This document shows, piece by piece, positions 13,047-25,980 of a stretch of 64,000 nt of DNA. Each line of letters starts with the position of its first letter. Position 1 is the stretch's first letter. The notes under the pieces are model-generated. The model saw nothing but the letters and a program-made list of their open reading frames with translations. It was not told where the DNA came from and made no database searches. The stretch is from Octopus bimaculoides (taxonomy: Eukaryota). A program made the position numbers and the translations under genes. The stretch lies in the NCBI RefSeq assembly GCF_001194135.2, contig NC_068983.1, positions 153,695,599-153,759,598 of the forward strand, in the 5' to 3' direction.

Positions 13047-15177
13047 GAAAGCAAGTATTTGAATTTGAAAGGATACCACTCACGACATACAGTTGAAGTA
13101 AATGGAAACGATTTATTACTTGCGGGAAATGGAAACATTCGATTGGATCTGAAAATATGCTCAGCTCCTATGTGAGTCACACGGTATTAATAAGTGTGCA
13201 AGCTTGAAACAGAGTAAGGCAAGCTTGAAACAGAATGGAGTTTCATATTCTAAGGGTTCTGTTCATCGCATTTACCAATGCAGCATATTGCTTTGAATTA
13301 ATACAGAAATATTTTGAGAAAATTGTATTAAGAAAATTCATCGCTTCCAGAATGGTCTCTTCTTGAGATATGCAACGCTATTTTCTTATTAAACACATTT
13401 CAAATAGCCATCCATTGAAAGGGTTTTCATAAGCTAATAACCTTTTAATTTTACCACTTCACAAACACGATTCACGGTGTGCCAAAATAAATAAATAGAT
13501 ACCTAAATAAATAACTAATAGAAAATGAAATTAAATCAACGAATTTAAATTTTTAACTAAATTAGTCTACGGATATCTCTAAGGATTCATGCGGTCATCA
13601 AAGCAAGTCTTTGTTGAAAAAGAATAGCTTAAGAAAAACAACAAATGAAAAAGACAGCAATAATAATAATAATAATAACAACAATAATAATAATATCAAT
13701 TAATAATTAATAAATATGGAGGCCAAATGATTGTACTGTCATCTTTACAACCAAACATTAATTCCGAAAATTTTCACAGCAAACTCTTCCACAGCCAACT
13801 GTTGTTAGGATATTAAAATTAATTACTCTTCAATTTTTTCGACCTTCAACTTTATCAAGCTTCACCCAGAAACACAAAATAAGGCGAAGAAAATAGATAA
13901 ATGCAAAGAGACTTTAATGTTCCTTAAGTGATTTTGATTTTGAAAAAAAAAAAACGTTTTCATTCTAAATTCCCATTTAATTATAATTTATTTCAATTTT
14001 AGTTATCTTTTTTAAGCATTCGTTTTTTAGTTTTCTTACGCCCATGTTTGTTTTCTGTCATCTTCTTTGATATTTCATATACTACTAATCAATCTTTTTG
14101 CTAATGCAACCTTTTCTTTCATCGTATAAACCGAATAGAATAACAAAAACAGATTACATTAATATAAGTGAATAAAAATATTAAAATGTGTGCATGAACT
14201 TTCTCAATGGTAAAATGGGGAGAAGTAAGAAAATATTTTTAGAAAGTCAGTTTGCGTGTGTATTTCTAAGCTTGTTTTATTTTTCTTTCTGCAAAAAGAG
14301 CGAATGATCCACAAGATGATTTTTTTAATTATTAATTCTTGAAATTTCATACATGATAGTGTGCTGTTTAAGTGTCTGTTTATTATTTATAACTTGATTT
14401 TAAATCTCATACTGAAAAACGTACTTCATTTCCCGTTTTATCAGCAAAATTCTTTTCACGTTTGTGATATAGTGATTTTAAAAGCGAGCTTTCACTTTTT
14501 TTTATTCTCCCTTTTTTGAATTCCATGGCAATATTTCAAATAAACATGTTACAATTTTAGTCAATTTTGATCTCTGTTTTATGGATTTTACAATTATTTC
14601 CAAACAAATCAATTCAGTCAAAAGTTGCTATTTATTTCATGATAAATTTTATAAAATGTTAAAGTATATTTTTAACGCTATACTTGACAGAACATTTTGA
14701 TATTTTAATAGTATACAGGGAAACTATAAATTAGAGTAGAACTTTATTGACATATTACATGACTGAGATGCATACAGATGGAATTTTTTCGATTTGAAAC
14801 ACGTATGGTTAACATTCTGTTTGTCACTCATTATCCAATTGTGTTTGCATCGTAACAAGAACAAAAGATATCTTCAAATTATGTTTCATGAAGTATCTTA
14901 GTGTCCGTTTTAGCATGAGTCAGCACATTTAAATATATATTACTTTCACACGAAATCACACATTTTGTGATATTCATATGTAGATATATTTTACTGAGCG
15001 ATTTACTTCTTACAATTTTCGGTTAGGGATAGGTACTTTCTTGTTTATATGCTGAAATTTAAGGCCGGAGTAGGAATTAAAAATATCATCCGTTATTGTC
15101 ACTTCATACCATCCATATATTTTAGTATTATACTTAGAGTATGCATTAATATACCTGTCTAGTTGTAAAGTGAGTTA

Positions 15178-15290
15178 CCTAGTGGCTACAGTGTTGCACT
15201 CATTGTCGTATGGTCGTGGCTTCCAGACCTAGACTGACGGCTGTGGTGTACCCTTGAGCAAGGCACTTCATCTGATACTATAACTATGGC
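15178..15290 (+). mobile_element. Degraded tRNA-headed SINE with CORE-like segment
   Basis: TAGTGGCTACAGTG A-box-like head followed by CCTTGAGCAAGGCACT, as in the 44.6-kb copy. Confidence 0.5.
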
Positions 15291-18234
15291 TGAACACTAA
15301 AGAGCAGATGTGCAGCCTCTCTCGCTTCAGCTGTCACATCCCTGATGTTCATCTCAGTCATGATTGCGAGGATCGAGACTGTATCTATATGTGTACGCAA
15401 CTACATATGTACGTAAGTCAGTAAGAGAATGAGTGGCGCAAGTTAAAAATTCGCATTCGCTTGTGCGTGATGTTCACGTTTATGTGCATGGTATTTTTCG
15501 ATTGACCCTAACCCTAACTTTTATTCTCAGGTGCTTTGCCCAGTTTTTTTTAATTACTGTAATTTCTGGACTATAATTTTGCATGGCATTTAGATGTTGA
15601 AATTTTATTCAGATTTTATTTAATAAGTTTCCGTTCTTATCTCCAAATGCTCCACACAAATACCTGCTTCTGCAATTTCTAGGCCTTCCAGAAAGAAGAA
15701 GGCAGTACTCTGCTTTGCGCATATTTTCTAGAAAATATTGTTTTAGTTGTACAATATATATCCTCTGATAATATTCTAATTTCAGGAGGGATCTTCATTT
15801 GATATAACTGACATTTATTTTTCTCATGTTTTACTCTAAACAAGAAACCATTAATGTTCTCGTTGTCCTTCATAGACTGGATAATACATTTAACTTCAAA
15901 GGCACAGTATTATATCTTTACATTAATATTCATTTCTTTATTCGTAAACTTTAGTTTAGTTATAAATATTAATCTAAAACTTCCTTAATAATATTTTCCT
16001 CACCAGTTTCTTTACACATAATTTACTTTCTCTACTTTATCGACCACATTTATGTATGCCCATGCTTGGTATAATTTTCGCATTTTCTCCTGATATTACT
16101 TACGTTTTATCTTACAATCATTCAAGCCACAATATGTATGCAACATACTATCAAGCAATTTGCCATCTGCAGAATAATTTTAATATGTTTATATATACAG
16201 GATATATTGCATAATAAGACCCATAAATTTCTGACCGCATCCGCACCCCACCTTATATAGATGTAGAGTTTCATTCGCAACTTCATAAGGAATATTATTT
16301 TCATTATTTAGGATTACTATTTCTTGTGTTGTACAACTCGCATCGTGCAGCAATTAGTTTCCATATTATATATATTTTTTCCAATTTGGAACCATACACG
16401 ACATATATCACAAAATCTGTCCATATCACTTAATATTGATTCTCACTTATCTCTAAAATTGTAATCAAGGTATTTGTGATATATAAGTGAGCCAGTCATT
16501 TCTCCGAGGCATTTAGGACTCGTTATCTATATCTGAAAACACGTTAAATATTTTTTTCCGCGGAAATATTTTTTCGTACTCCTAATGTTCGTGTAAACAC
16601 TCTAGGAACAAGAGGATGCCATTGTATTTTGTGTTTCATATAAGAACAACCATACGAATGAAGATCTTTTCCTTTCCTAAAGCATTCAGTATTCATTACT
16701 TATGTTTCGTTTAGTGTATTTTTGCGTAGATGTTAGATATTTTATCCCCGGATTTAGCAGATATTTCCAGAAGCTTTCGAAGTATAACAGCAAATGTAAT
16801 TTTACTATGTACAGAGATCATAGAGCTAAATGTTAACAATCCGATTCGGTGGAATTGCGAATATGCACTCTTCAAAATACTGCAGTCATGAGCATGCATT
16901 TATAAATTACTTTTTACCAACAGCCATTTTACTGTATTCTGAACGGCTTATACATATCTAAGTTAGGTCGTCGCACAACCAAATTTCAAATGATAAATTA
17001 CCGAGACAAATTACCCAGTGACGTCTTCCACCTCCACTAAGGGGCAATTTTATGCTCCGAAACATGCTTGAAAATGCTCCATGTTTTATTAAATGTCATT
17101 AAAATAATATATTAGCTATTTGTTATTGTGGCTTTCTCACCTTACAATTATTTCCAGTAAGCTTTAAGTGTTGCGTCTATGAAATAGATTACGGATTAGC
17201 CGAATATTAATTATAATGCAGAAAACAATCTGAATAATTTATATTTTCAATCTTCAGATACGGATATATTTATGTATGATTCCATCCGCACTAAATACAA
17301 ATAGGAAATTATACACATTCTTATAACGGACGTAGTATTTAACAAAGAACTCACTACACAATGTTATACTATTATAGTACTTCTATCTTTAGTAAATGAC
17401 TATTGAGGGTTTTTTTTTTCTGTAGGAAAAAGGTGTGAAGTTTAATATATAAGCTATCTTTTGGAAAAAAAAGTATGAAGCTTAATATATAAGCTATCTT
17501 GTGATCCCTGTGTATGCAAAATTTCCATAGTATTTTCGATGTGTCCTTGTCTGAAACAAGTGGAAAACATCAGAGTATCTGAAATATATTTCTAATGGTT
17601 TGGAATTGGTTTGTTGTACGTATGTAAAGTAGATCTGCGATATCATGTCTCATAATGGATTTTATCGGAGCTAGTGTAGGATATTTAATATTTTTAGTGT
17701 ACAGTTATTCTCATACATTATTCAACACACATGATGTGTATCTAATATGCTTATTGTTCATAAGTTGCAATTATATCAGTAATATTGTTGCTTTGTTATT
17801 CCATCCAGATTATGTAAATTCATCCAATCGTCACAAGGAATATGTTCCGGTATGTAGTTTTCGGAAATATTTTTCATGTAAATTTAAACTTGAGTGATTC
17901 CTCAGTATGGTCATCGTATGTCATTTCTGTATTTACCGATTTGGCTGTTTCTGCAACATTCCAAACTCTACTCCATTGTTTTGAGAATTATTATCATACC
18001 GTATCAATTAATTTTCTACCGTTAGTATAAGAGACAAATAGTGCATATAGTAAGTTTCTTTTAGTGGTTTGTATTTACAGAGTCAAGTTCTTGCAGTTAA
18101 TTACATAAACAATTCAGGATTTGCTTATGAATGTAAATGCAAAATTTGAATCATTTCCAAACGATCTGTTAATAATAGGCATTCATTCATTTTTTAAAAA
18201 ATATTTATTTAAATTTCTTGCACAGGTTCACTAA

Positions 18235-18376
18235 GTGCTCAACTGGGACTTATTTTATTGACCCCGAGAGGCAAAATCGAACTAGGCGGAATTTGAGCAC
18301 AAGAGATAAAGACTAACGAGATACCGCTAAGCATTGTGTCTGGAGTACTCACGATTCCACCAGCTGGTCGCCTCTG
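18235..18376 (-). mobile_element. Degraded family-A SINE
   Basis: Recognisable GGCGGAATTTGA...ATACCGCTAAGCAT...CCAGCT segments. Confidence 0.7.
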
Positions 18377-18794
18377 TTTTTTTCTAAATGTTAAGATATA
18401 ATGAAATTTCACAATGAGGTACATTGTCAAAATGGGACTCACATTTTAATTAGGAAGTTTATGCTTTCCTGATGGTCCTTTAGAAATAAAGATATTCAGT
18501 TGATTACGATATGGCTCTCTGTCATGTCAGAGTAGATTAACCGAACGTAAGGTTGTTTTTTCATACTTTGTGACTCATTTACTGAATATGTATAACTATT
18601 TCTGATATAATTCCATCTTCCTCGGATAAGTTCCTTTGAATGATAGCCTGAAATCTATAATGTTTGAAAATGTATATTCTTTGTTGCATAAGATTGGTAG
18701 CCTTACAAAGTATGGTTAACTCTTTCTTCCTAGTTTCTAGATATAAACTTTAAAAATTAAGTCAGTTTATTGTGTTGCACCCAGAGTTCGATAA

Positions 18795-19170
18795 TTGTTT
18801 CTCCTTCCTCGCCTTCTTTCTTCTTTCCTCTTGCTGTTGTTGTTGTTGTTGTTGGTGGTGGTTTTGATCTTCTTTTTCTTCTTCTTCCTCTTCTTCCTCA
18901 CCAGTAGTAGAAGTAGTAGCAGCAGCAGCAGTATTACTAGTATCAATATCATCACGGTACATATAACCAGACAGTGTGCGTCGTATTTCGCGCTTTATCT
19001 TATCTTCAATGTCTCCGTCTCTTATTGGCAACATGACAAATCATTATCATCATTTCTAGCACCAATGTGATCCACACCAACACCACCCAGTCATCATCAT
19101 TATCATCATTGTCCTCAGCATCAGTAGCAAATGTAGCTCCAGCCGTGTTAGTTGTAGTAGCAGCAGTGTA
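18795..19170. repeat. Mixed trinucleotide low-complexity tract (TTC, TTG, TAG/CAG, CAT)
   Basis: Directly visible. Confidence 0.85.
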
Positions 19171-19796
19171 ATAGTAACGATTTGCACAGGAATTGACGAG
19201 CATAGTGAAAAAATAGTAACATGAAAGCATATTCCCATTCGTACGTTATCCTTTTAATTTAAAATATATTTAATACGACACCGGTAAGCTGCCATTAGAT
19301 ATATTGTAGGTAAATGAGATCATTGATAAGTTAGTCTCTCTATACAAAACCATTCAAGCAAATTGTAATTTATGATTTACTAATATATATTTTACATTAT
19401 GAAATGAAGGATATACTGGTACAGTTTAACCTTTTTTCATGCTGTCACTAGCACTTACGTTATGAATATAATTAAGACTTCCCTTGTAGAAATATTTGTT
19501 GAAGTATTATATAAAAACTTAAAGGAGATACGTGAAGCGTAGAGTGAAAGAATTAGTACAGAAAAAAGATATTTTGTATACTAGTGGCACAGTAATAGCA
19601 TAGACTTGCATGGACACGTCACACATAAATACATACCTATATGCACGAACACACAATGATACAGAAAACCACATATGTTACATAAACATAGTCAACGTAC
19701 ACATACAAATATCCATGCAGATTCAGTAAAAATGAGAGTGGCACCGAGAGGCAAGGTGCATGTGAGATAGTGACCGAAAATTGTAAAATAATTATT

Positions 19797-20423
19797 TCCT
19801 CCTCTAGGCACAAGGCCCGTAATTTTGGGGGAGTGTCCAGTAGATTAGATCGACCCAGTGCGCAACTGGTACTTAATTTAACGACCCCGAAAGGATGAAA
19901 GGCAATGTTAATCTCGGAGGAATAGGAACTCAGAACGCAAAACAGACGAAATACCGCGAAGCATTGCTCACCGCCTAAAGTGTACCATATTTTTTTTTCT
20001 ATTCTAGGTAGAAGGCCCGAAATTTTGGGGGAAGGGACTAGTCGATTAGATCAACTCCAGACCGCAACTGTTACTTAATTTATCAACCCCGAAAGGATGA
20101 ATGACAAAGTCGACCTCGGCGGAATTTCAATTCAGAACGTAAAGACAAACGTAATAACGCTAAGTATGTCGCTCGCCGTGCTAACGTTTCTTATTTCTTT
20201 ATTGACTACAAGGGGCTAAACATAGAGGGGACAAACAAGGACAGATAAAGGGATTAAGCCGATTATACCGACCCCAGTGCGTAACTCGTAGTTAATTTAT
20301 CGACCCTGAAAGGATGAAAGGCAAAGTCCACCTCAGTGGAATATAAACCCAGAACGTAACGGCTAACGAAATACCGCTAAATATTTCGCCCGGCGTGCTA
20401 ATGTTTCTGCCAGCTCGCCGCCT
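19797..20423 (-). mobile_element. Cluster of three SINEs: family A (19797-19975) and a B-A dimer (B 20193-20423, A 19989-20191)
   Basis: Head GGCGGCGAGCTGGCAGAAAC..TAGC (A-box-like) and B-box-like GTTCAAATTCC consensus (diverged in some copies); dimer flanked by TAAAGTGTAC(C/A)AT at 19976 and 20424. Confidence 0.9.
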
Positions 20424-21351
20424 TAAAGTGTACAATCATTGAAACAGAAATATAGTCAGATGAACTAAGAGAACGATAAATACGAAAGTATGTAGGAGGA
20501 GGGTACATTAAATACGGATAAAACACACACACATACTATCAAAAATGTGTCTCATTGTGTATTTGCATTTATGTGTAGATTATAGTGAATATAAAACCTG
20601 CAGCTTCACTAACTAATCTACTTGTAATTTTACACACAAGTATTGAACATTCCTCACTCGATCATTTGACGCAGTTCAATGAGCTGACAGCATAGGCAGA
20701 AACACAAACGCATTTGCATATACAAAGGTAGCATTCTATAAGTTCTCCTTAACGTACATGTACTCCATGAAGCTTCAAAAGTGCAGTATTCGGCTGGAAA
20801 ATGCATCTCGTATAGAAGTATAATAGTACCTAATACCCAAGAAAATCAGTAATAAACACCAAGCGTTCATGAGCGACGGCGGAATTGCTAAATCCTGATT
20901 CTTGTCTCCTTAAGCTAATAACACACATACCCACGCACACACACATTTACACACACTCGCACACACACCACTTATGCCTGTATGCTTATGTATGTATGTA
21001 TGTATGTATATGTATATGTGTGCGTGTGCGTGTGCGTATGTGCGTGCGTGTGTGTGCTTGTGCGTGTATGACTGTGCATATAAACATTTCACATATTTCC
21101 TAAGCTGTCGATTATAGATCACTGGAATATATCACCCTTGCCAACGGGAACGAGAAACACAGATTTTACTTGAAAATATAACCGTATTGTTTCAGTTACA
21201 CAATTCGTTCTCGTGCAAAGAGTTTTCCATCTGTTAAATCAGTTAGCTATCGGCTTACTCTAGGTCTCTTTTCCATTTTGTATTATGACGTATTGGAACA
21301 ACATAGAAGCTTTTGAAATTTTATAAATGTACAATATAGAGTTATAATATT

Positions 21352-21557
21352 GGTTACGAATTTTGGAATAAGGCCAGCAATATCGCTAGAGGGAGAAGTC
21401 TATTAAACGTGCCGTGTGATTCAACTGGTACATAATTTATCGACTTGGAAGGCTGAACGGCAAAGTCGACTTCGGTGGTATTTGAACTCGGAAACTAAAG
21501 ACAGTCGAAATTCACCTAAGCGTATGCCAGGCATGCTAACGGTTCTGCCAGCTCGCC
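21352..21557 (-). mobile_element. Family-A-body SINE with C-type tail
   Basis: Tail TTTGG..TAAGGCCAGCAAT, shared body, head ending GCCAGCTCGCC. Confidence 0.75.
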
Positions 21558-21571
21558 TACAAAGTCATATT

Positions 21572-21866
21572 CTTTTCTACTCTAGGTACAAGGCCCGAAA
21601 TTTGGGAGGCGGGGCCGTAAATTAGATTGATCCATGTACGCATCAATGGATGAAAGATAAAGCGGAATTTGAACTCAGAACGTTAAGACAGACGAAATAC
21701 TATCACACAAAAACTTATAGCAGGAAATAAAATAAAAACAGTCAATAGAGACATGCACTTACTCCACAGACGCACTCCAATAATAATTACCAATAAATCC
21801 AAACTCACACAGACGAATCACCGATAAGCATTTCGCCCCGTGTGCTAACGTTTCTGCCAGCTCGCC
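21572..21866 (-). mobile_element. Family-A SINE interrupted by a 108-bp Tx1 5'-end remnant (21701-21808)
   Basis: SINE TSD AAAGTCATATT at 21561 and 21870; the insert matches 61622-61729 (~90%) and is flanked by ACAGACGAA repeats. Confidence 0.9.
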
Positions 21867-22136
21867 TAAAAAGTCATATTAATCATATATAAGCTTCTAC
21901 ATTTTAGAATATGAGGTTTAATTTGTTACCTGTTAATTTGTTAAGTTTTGTTGATGTAGAAGTTTTACTTTTCAAATCACGTTACTTTAGATGTATTAGT
22001 AATTCCATTATTCAATGGGTGTATTTTATGCTATGATCTACTTTAATGAATTATTCGATAACTTGTTCATATATTTTATAGCGTTAGTTTGATTCGTTCT
22101 TCAATAGAATTTACTTGTACTTTATTTCTTAAACTA

Positions 22137-22789
22137 AAGCGGCGAGCTGGCAGAAGCGTTAGCACACCGGGCGGTATTTCGTTTGTTCTTATGCTCTGAG
22201 TTCAAATTCCGCGGGTAATTTTGCCCTTCATCCATTCGGGGTCGATAAGTTGAGTACTGCTGTTGATTTTATTGACTGGTCCTCTCCCCCAAAATTTTGG
22301 GCCTCGTGCCTAGTGTAGAAAAGAACGAAATTTGTTTGTTCATTATTTCTTAACCTAAGGCGACGAATCAGCAGAAACGTTAGCAAAGCCGGGCGAAATG
22401 CTTAGCGGTATTTCGTCTGCCGATACGTTCTGGGTTCAAATTCCGCCGAGGTCGACTTTGCATTTTATTCTTTCGGGGTCGATAAATTAACAACTACTTA
22501 TGCACTGGGGTCGATGTAACCGACTTAATCCCGTTGTCTGTCCTTGTTTGTCTCCTCTATGTTTAGCCCCTTGTGGGCAATAAAGAATTAAGAAACGATA
22601 GCAACTCCGGGCGAAATACTTAGCGGTATTTCTTCTGTCTTTACGTTCTGATTTCAAATTCCGCCGAGGTTGACTTTGCGTTTCATCCTTCCGGGGTCGA
22701 TAAATTAAGTAACAGTTGCGTACTGGGGTTGATCTAATCGACTGGCCCCTCCTCCAAAATTTGGGTTCTCCTGCCTAGAATAGAAAAGA
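22137..22789 (+). mobile_element. Cluster of three SINEs: family A (22137-22325) and a B-A dimer (B 22358-22589, A 22591-22789)
   Basis: A-box-like TGGCAGAAGCGTTAG and B-box GAGTTCAAATTCC; TTATTTCTTAA..TA present at 22122, 22343 and 22790. Confidence 0.9.
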
Positions 22790-23204
22790 TTATTTCTTAA
22801 CTTAGATTGACTTTAGTACTCAGTGCCTCCGTTTCTTGTTCTAATTAATCAGCTGCGTATAAATCACAAAAATGAAATTTCTTCTGTATGTTCTATTTTC
22901 GAGTTAAGTTGTTTTTCAGTAGTGAAATGTAAAGTTTACTCGCATTAGGTTTTGAAATAGTGACATTTTACTTATAAAAAGTATTTCAATTTTATTGTAG
23001 GCTTATAGGACCATTGGTTAGCGTTGTAATATACATGTTCATTGTTTTCACTTTGATTATGGAAAAAATAAGGGTTTCAAATTTTGGCGCAAAGCCAAGA
23101 ATTTTGTGAGAAAGCGCATATTATTTATGTGTATATTTGAATTTTTCATGCGATTATAGACCCATTGGTTAACGTGGTATATGTGTACTTTCTTTTCACA
23201 TTAT

Positions 23205-23370
23205 GAAAACATGGCTTCAAATTTTGGCGCAACGCCAACAATTTAGGTGCAGGGATGGTACTTATGAGAGGCAAAGTCGACTTGTGAAGATGTCAAACTC
23301 AGAAATTGAATATGAACGAAATGAGCGCAGAATTATGTCCGGCGTGCGAAGAATTATGTCAGTTCACTGC
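23205..23370 (-). mobile_element. Degraded C-tail SINE
   Basis: TTCAAATTTTGGCGCAA tail and GGCAAAGTCGAC / AACTCAGAA body remnants. Confidence 0.6.
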
Positions 23371-24746
23371 CTTATAAAACTCAATAGAAATAATACTTAA
23401 AACGTAACGTGAAGAAACAAAATCATGAATAGGAGTAGGTAAAAAAATTTCTGAAGTCTCTAAATAAATCTACAGTTAAATCGAATAAACATCTTAAACT
23501 GGTGAAATAAAAATTTCAGACTGATGAAATAAACATGTAAAACTAGTTGGCCAGAACGTTACTACTTTTCATAATAACATGAATCTATTGGATGAAATCG
23601 ATTGACCTTTGACGGTAAAACATAAGTACTGAAAATTGAGTCGAAATTTAATTAAAGAGTAAATGTCATAAATTGCGTATAATCATGGAACTAGGTATAA
23701 TAACGATAGCGAACGAAAACTATGACATTTTGGAAAGTAATAGTTTAAGAATAATTTGACTTAAAAGAGTTAAAAATTAACATTCAATTTAAGACCAGGT
23801 TGAATGAATAATTACATATGCATATATATGTAATATATATTTATATATGCATATATACGTAATATATATATATAAATATATATGTCTCTATGCGTGTATG
23901 TATGAATGTATGCTTGAGAGCGGGTGTATATGTGCGCGTATACATTCACAAACATCTACACACACTTTATTTGTACACATATATGCATGTGTAAATGCAT
24001 ACATATATGCATATACATGGCACTTCAATCTCTACCATGAATATTGTACAGTTACTTAACACTCTCCTTTCACCGTAAAGATATTTATATATACATGATG
24101 GCACTGCAAGGTTAAATATAATGGTATCATCAAAATCACAGGTTTATTCAAATTAAGCATTCAAATTAAATTTTTTCAGAAACGGTCACAAGTTCACACA
24201 TAAAAAATATTTAGAGGAAATGCATACAAAAAGTATTCTTCATATGCAAGCATACGCCAGAGCACAAACACTTCTATACATCTGTACTCACCTATAACAC
24301 TTGTAAATAGGCTTCCTTCCTTGAATGTGTGTGTGAGAACGTGTAAGTATGCCCGTGTGTGCTTGTCCGTGCAAGAGTGTGTTTGTGTAAGATGTGTCGA
24401 AATGGGTTATATGACAACTGATTTTACAGATGTAAACACCAATTTGATATATATAAACTCTAGAAACACTTCCATTTCTGTCCGACTTCAAAGATTTCGG
24501 CAAACATAACATTCCTTTCATCTGTAGGAGTGATTGGTGAAATGGAAATTATATATGCCAAATCAAATGATTTTATGTATTATGTTATGTTTATTATAAT
24601 TCTTAGTAATAGGCGTAGTAACAGAATTTTGATGCTGATTTGTTACTATTAATACGTAACTATATATGCATGTGTGTGTGTGTCTAGCTATCTATATATA
24701 CATTTCTCTCTCTCTATTTTTTTCACAGCCCCCCTATCTCTCTCTG

Positions 24747-24784
<38 letters not shown>

Positions 24785-24809
24785 AATTATCTATCTATCT
24801 ATCTATCTA

Positions 24810-24861
<52 letters not shown>

Positions 24862-25946
24862 ATAACATACATCACTTATAAATGTATTTCGCATTATTTT
24901 CATACGTATATCATTATGCACTTACTGTTCAACTATGCATATGCGTTTAANNNNNNNNNNNNNNNNNNNNNNNNNNNNNNNNNNNNNNNNNNNNNNNNNN
25001 NNNNNNNNNNNNNNNNNNNNNNNNNNNNNNNNNNNNNNNNNNNNNNNNNNNNNNNNNNNNNNNNNNNNNNNNNNNNNNNNNNNNNNNNNNNNNNNNNNNN
25101 NNNNNNNNNNNNNNNNNNNNNNNNNNNNNNNNNNNNNNNNNNNNNNNNNNNNNNNNNNNNNNNNNNNNNNNNNNNNNNNNNNNNNNNNNNNNNNNNNNNN
25201 NNNNNNNNNNNNNNNNNNNNNNNNNNNNNNNNNNNNNNNNNNNNNNNNNNNNNNNNNNNNNNNNNNNNNNNNNNNNNNNNNNNNNNNNNNNNNNNNNNNN
25301 NNNNNNNNNNNNNNNNNNNNNNNNNNNNNNNNNNNNNNNNNNNNNNNNNNNNNNNNNNNNNNNNNNNNNNNNNNNNNNNNNNNNNNNNNNNNNNNNNNNN
25401 NNNNNNNNNNNNNNNNNNNNNNNNNNNNNNNNNNNNNNNNNNNNNNNNNNNNNNNNNNNNNNNNNNNNNNNNNNNNNNNNNNNNNNNNNNNNNNNNNNNN
25501 NNNNNNNNNNNNNNNNNNNNNNNNNNNNNNNNNNNNNNNNNNNNNNNNNNNNNNNNNNNNNNNNNNNNNNNNNNNNNNNNNNNNNNNNNNNNNNNNNNNN
25601 NNNNNNNNNNNNNNNNNNNNNNNNNNNNNNNNNNNNNNNNNNNNNNNNNNNNNNNNNNNNNNNNNNNNNNNNNNNNNNNNNNNNNNNNNNNNNNNNNNNN
25701 NNNNNNNNNNNNNNNNNNNNNNNNNNNNNNNNNNNNNNNNNNNNNNNNNNNNNNNNNNNNNNNNNNNNNNNNNNNNNNNNNNNNNNNNNNNNNNNNNNNN
25801 NNNNNNNNNNNNNNNNNNNNNNNNNNNNNNNNNNNNNNNNNNNNNNNNNNNNNNNNNNNNNNNNNNNNNNNNNNNNNNNNNNNNNNNNNNNNNNNNNNNN
25901 NNNNNNNNNNNNNNNNNNNNNNNNNNNNNNNNNNNNNNNNNNNNNN

Positions 25947-25979
<33 letters not shown>

Positions 25980-25980
<1 letters not shown>

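Noticed and set aside
18762-19034. 90-aa minus ORF MLPIRDGDIEDKIKREIRR...poly-E/Q
   Set aside because: Mostly trinucleotide repeats; no splice support or recognisable domain.
19797-22804. Repeat-spacer-like clusters resembling an array
   Set aside because: They are 200-bp SINEs with TSDs in eukaryotic DNA, not CRISPR.
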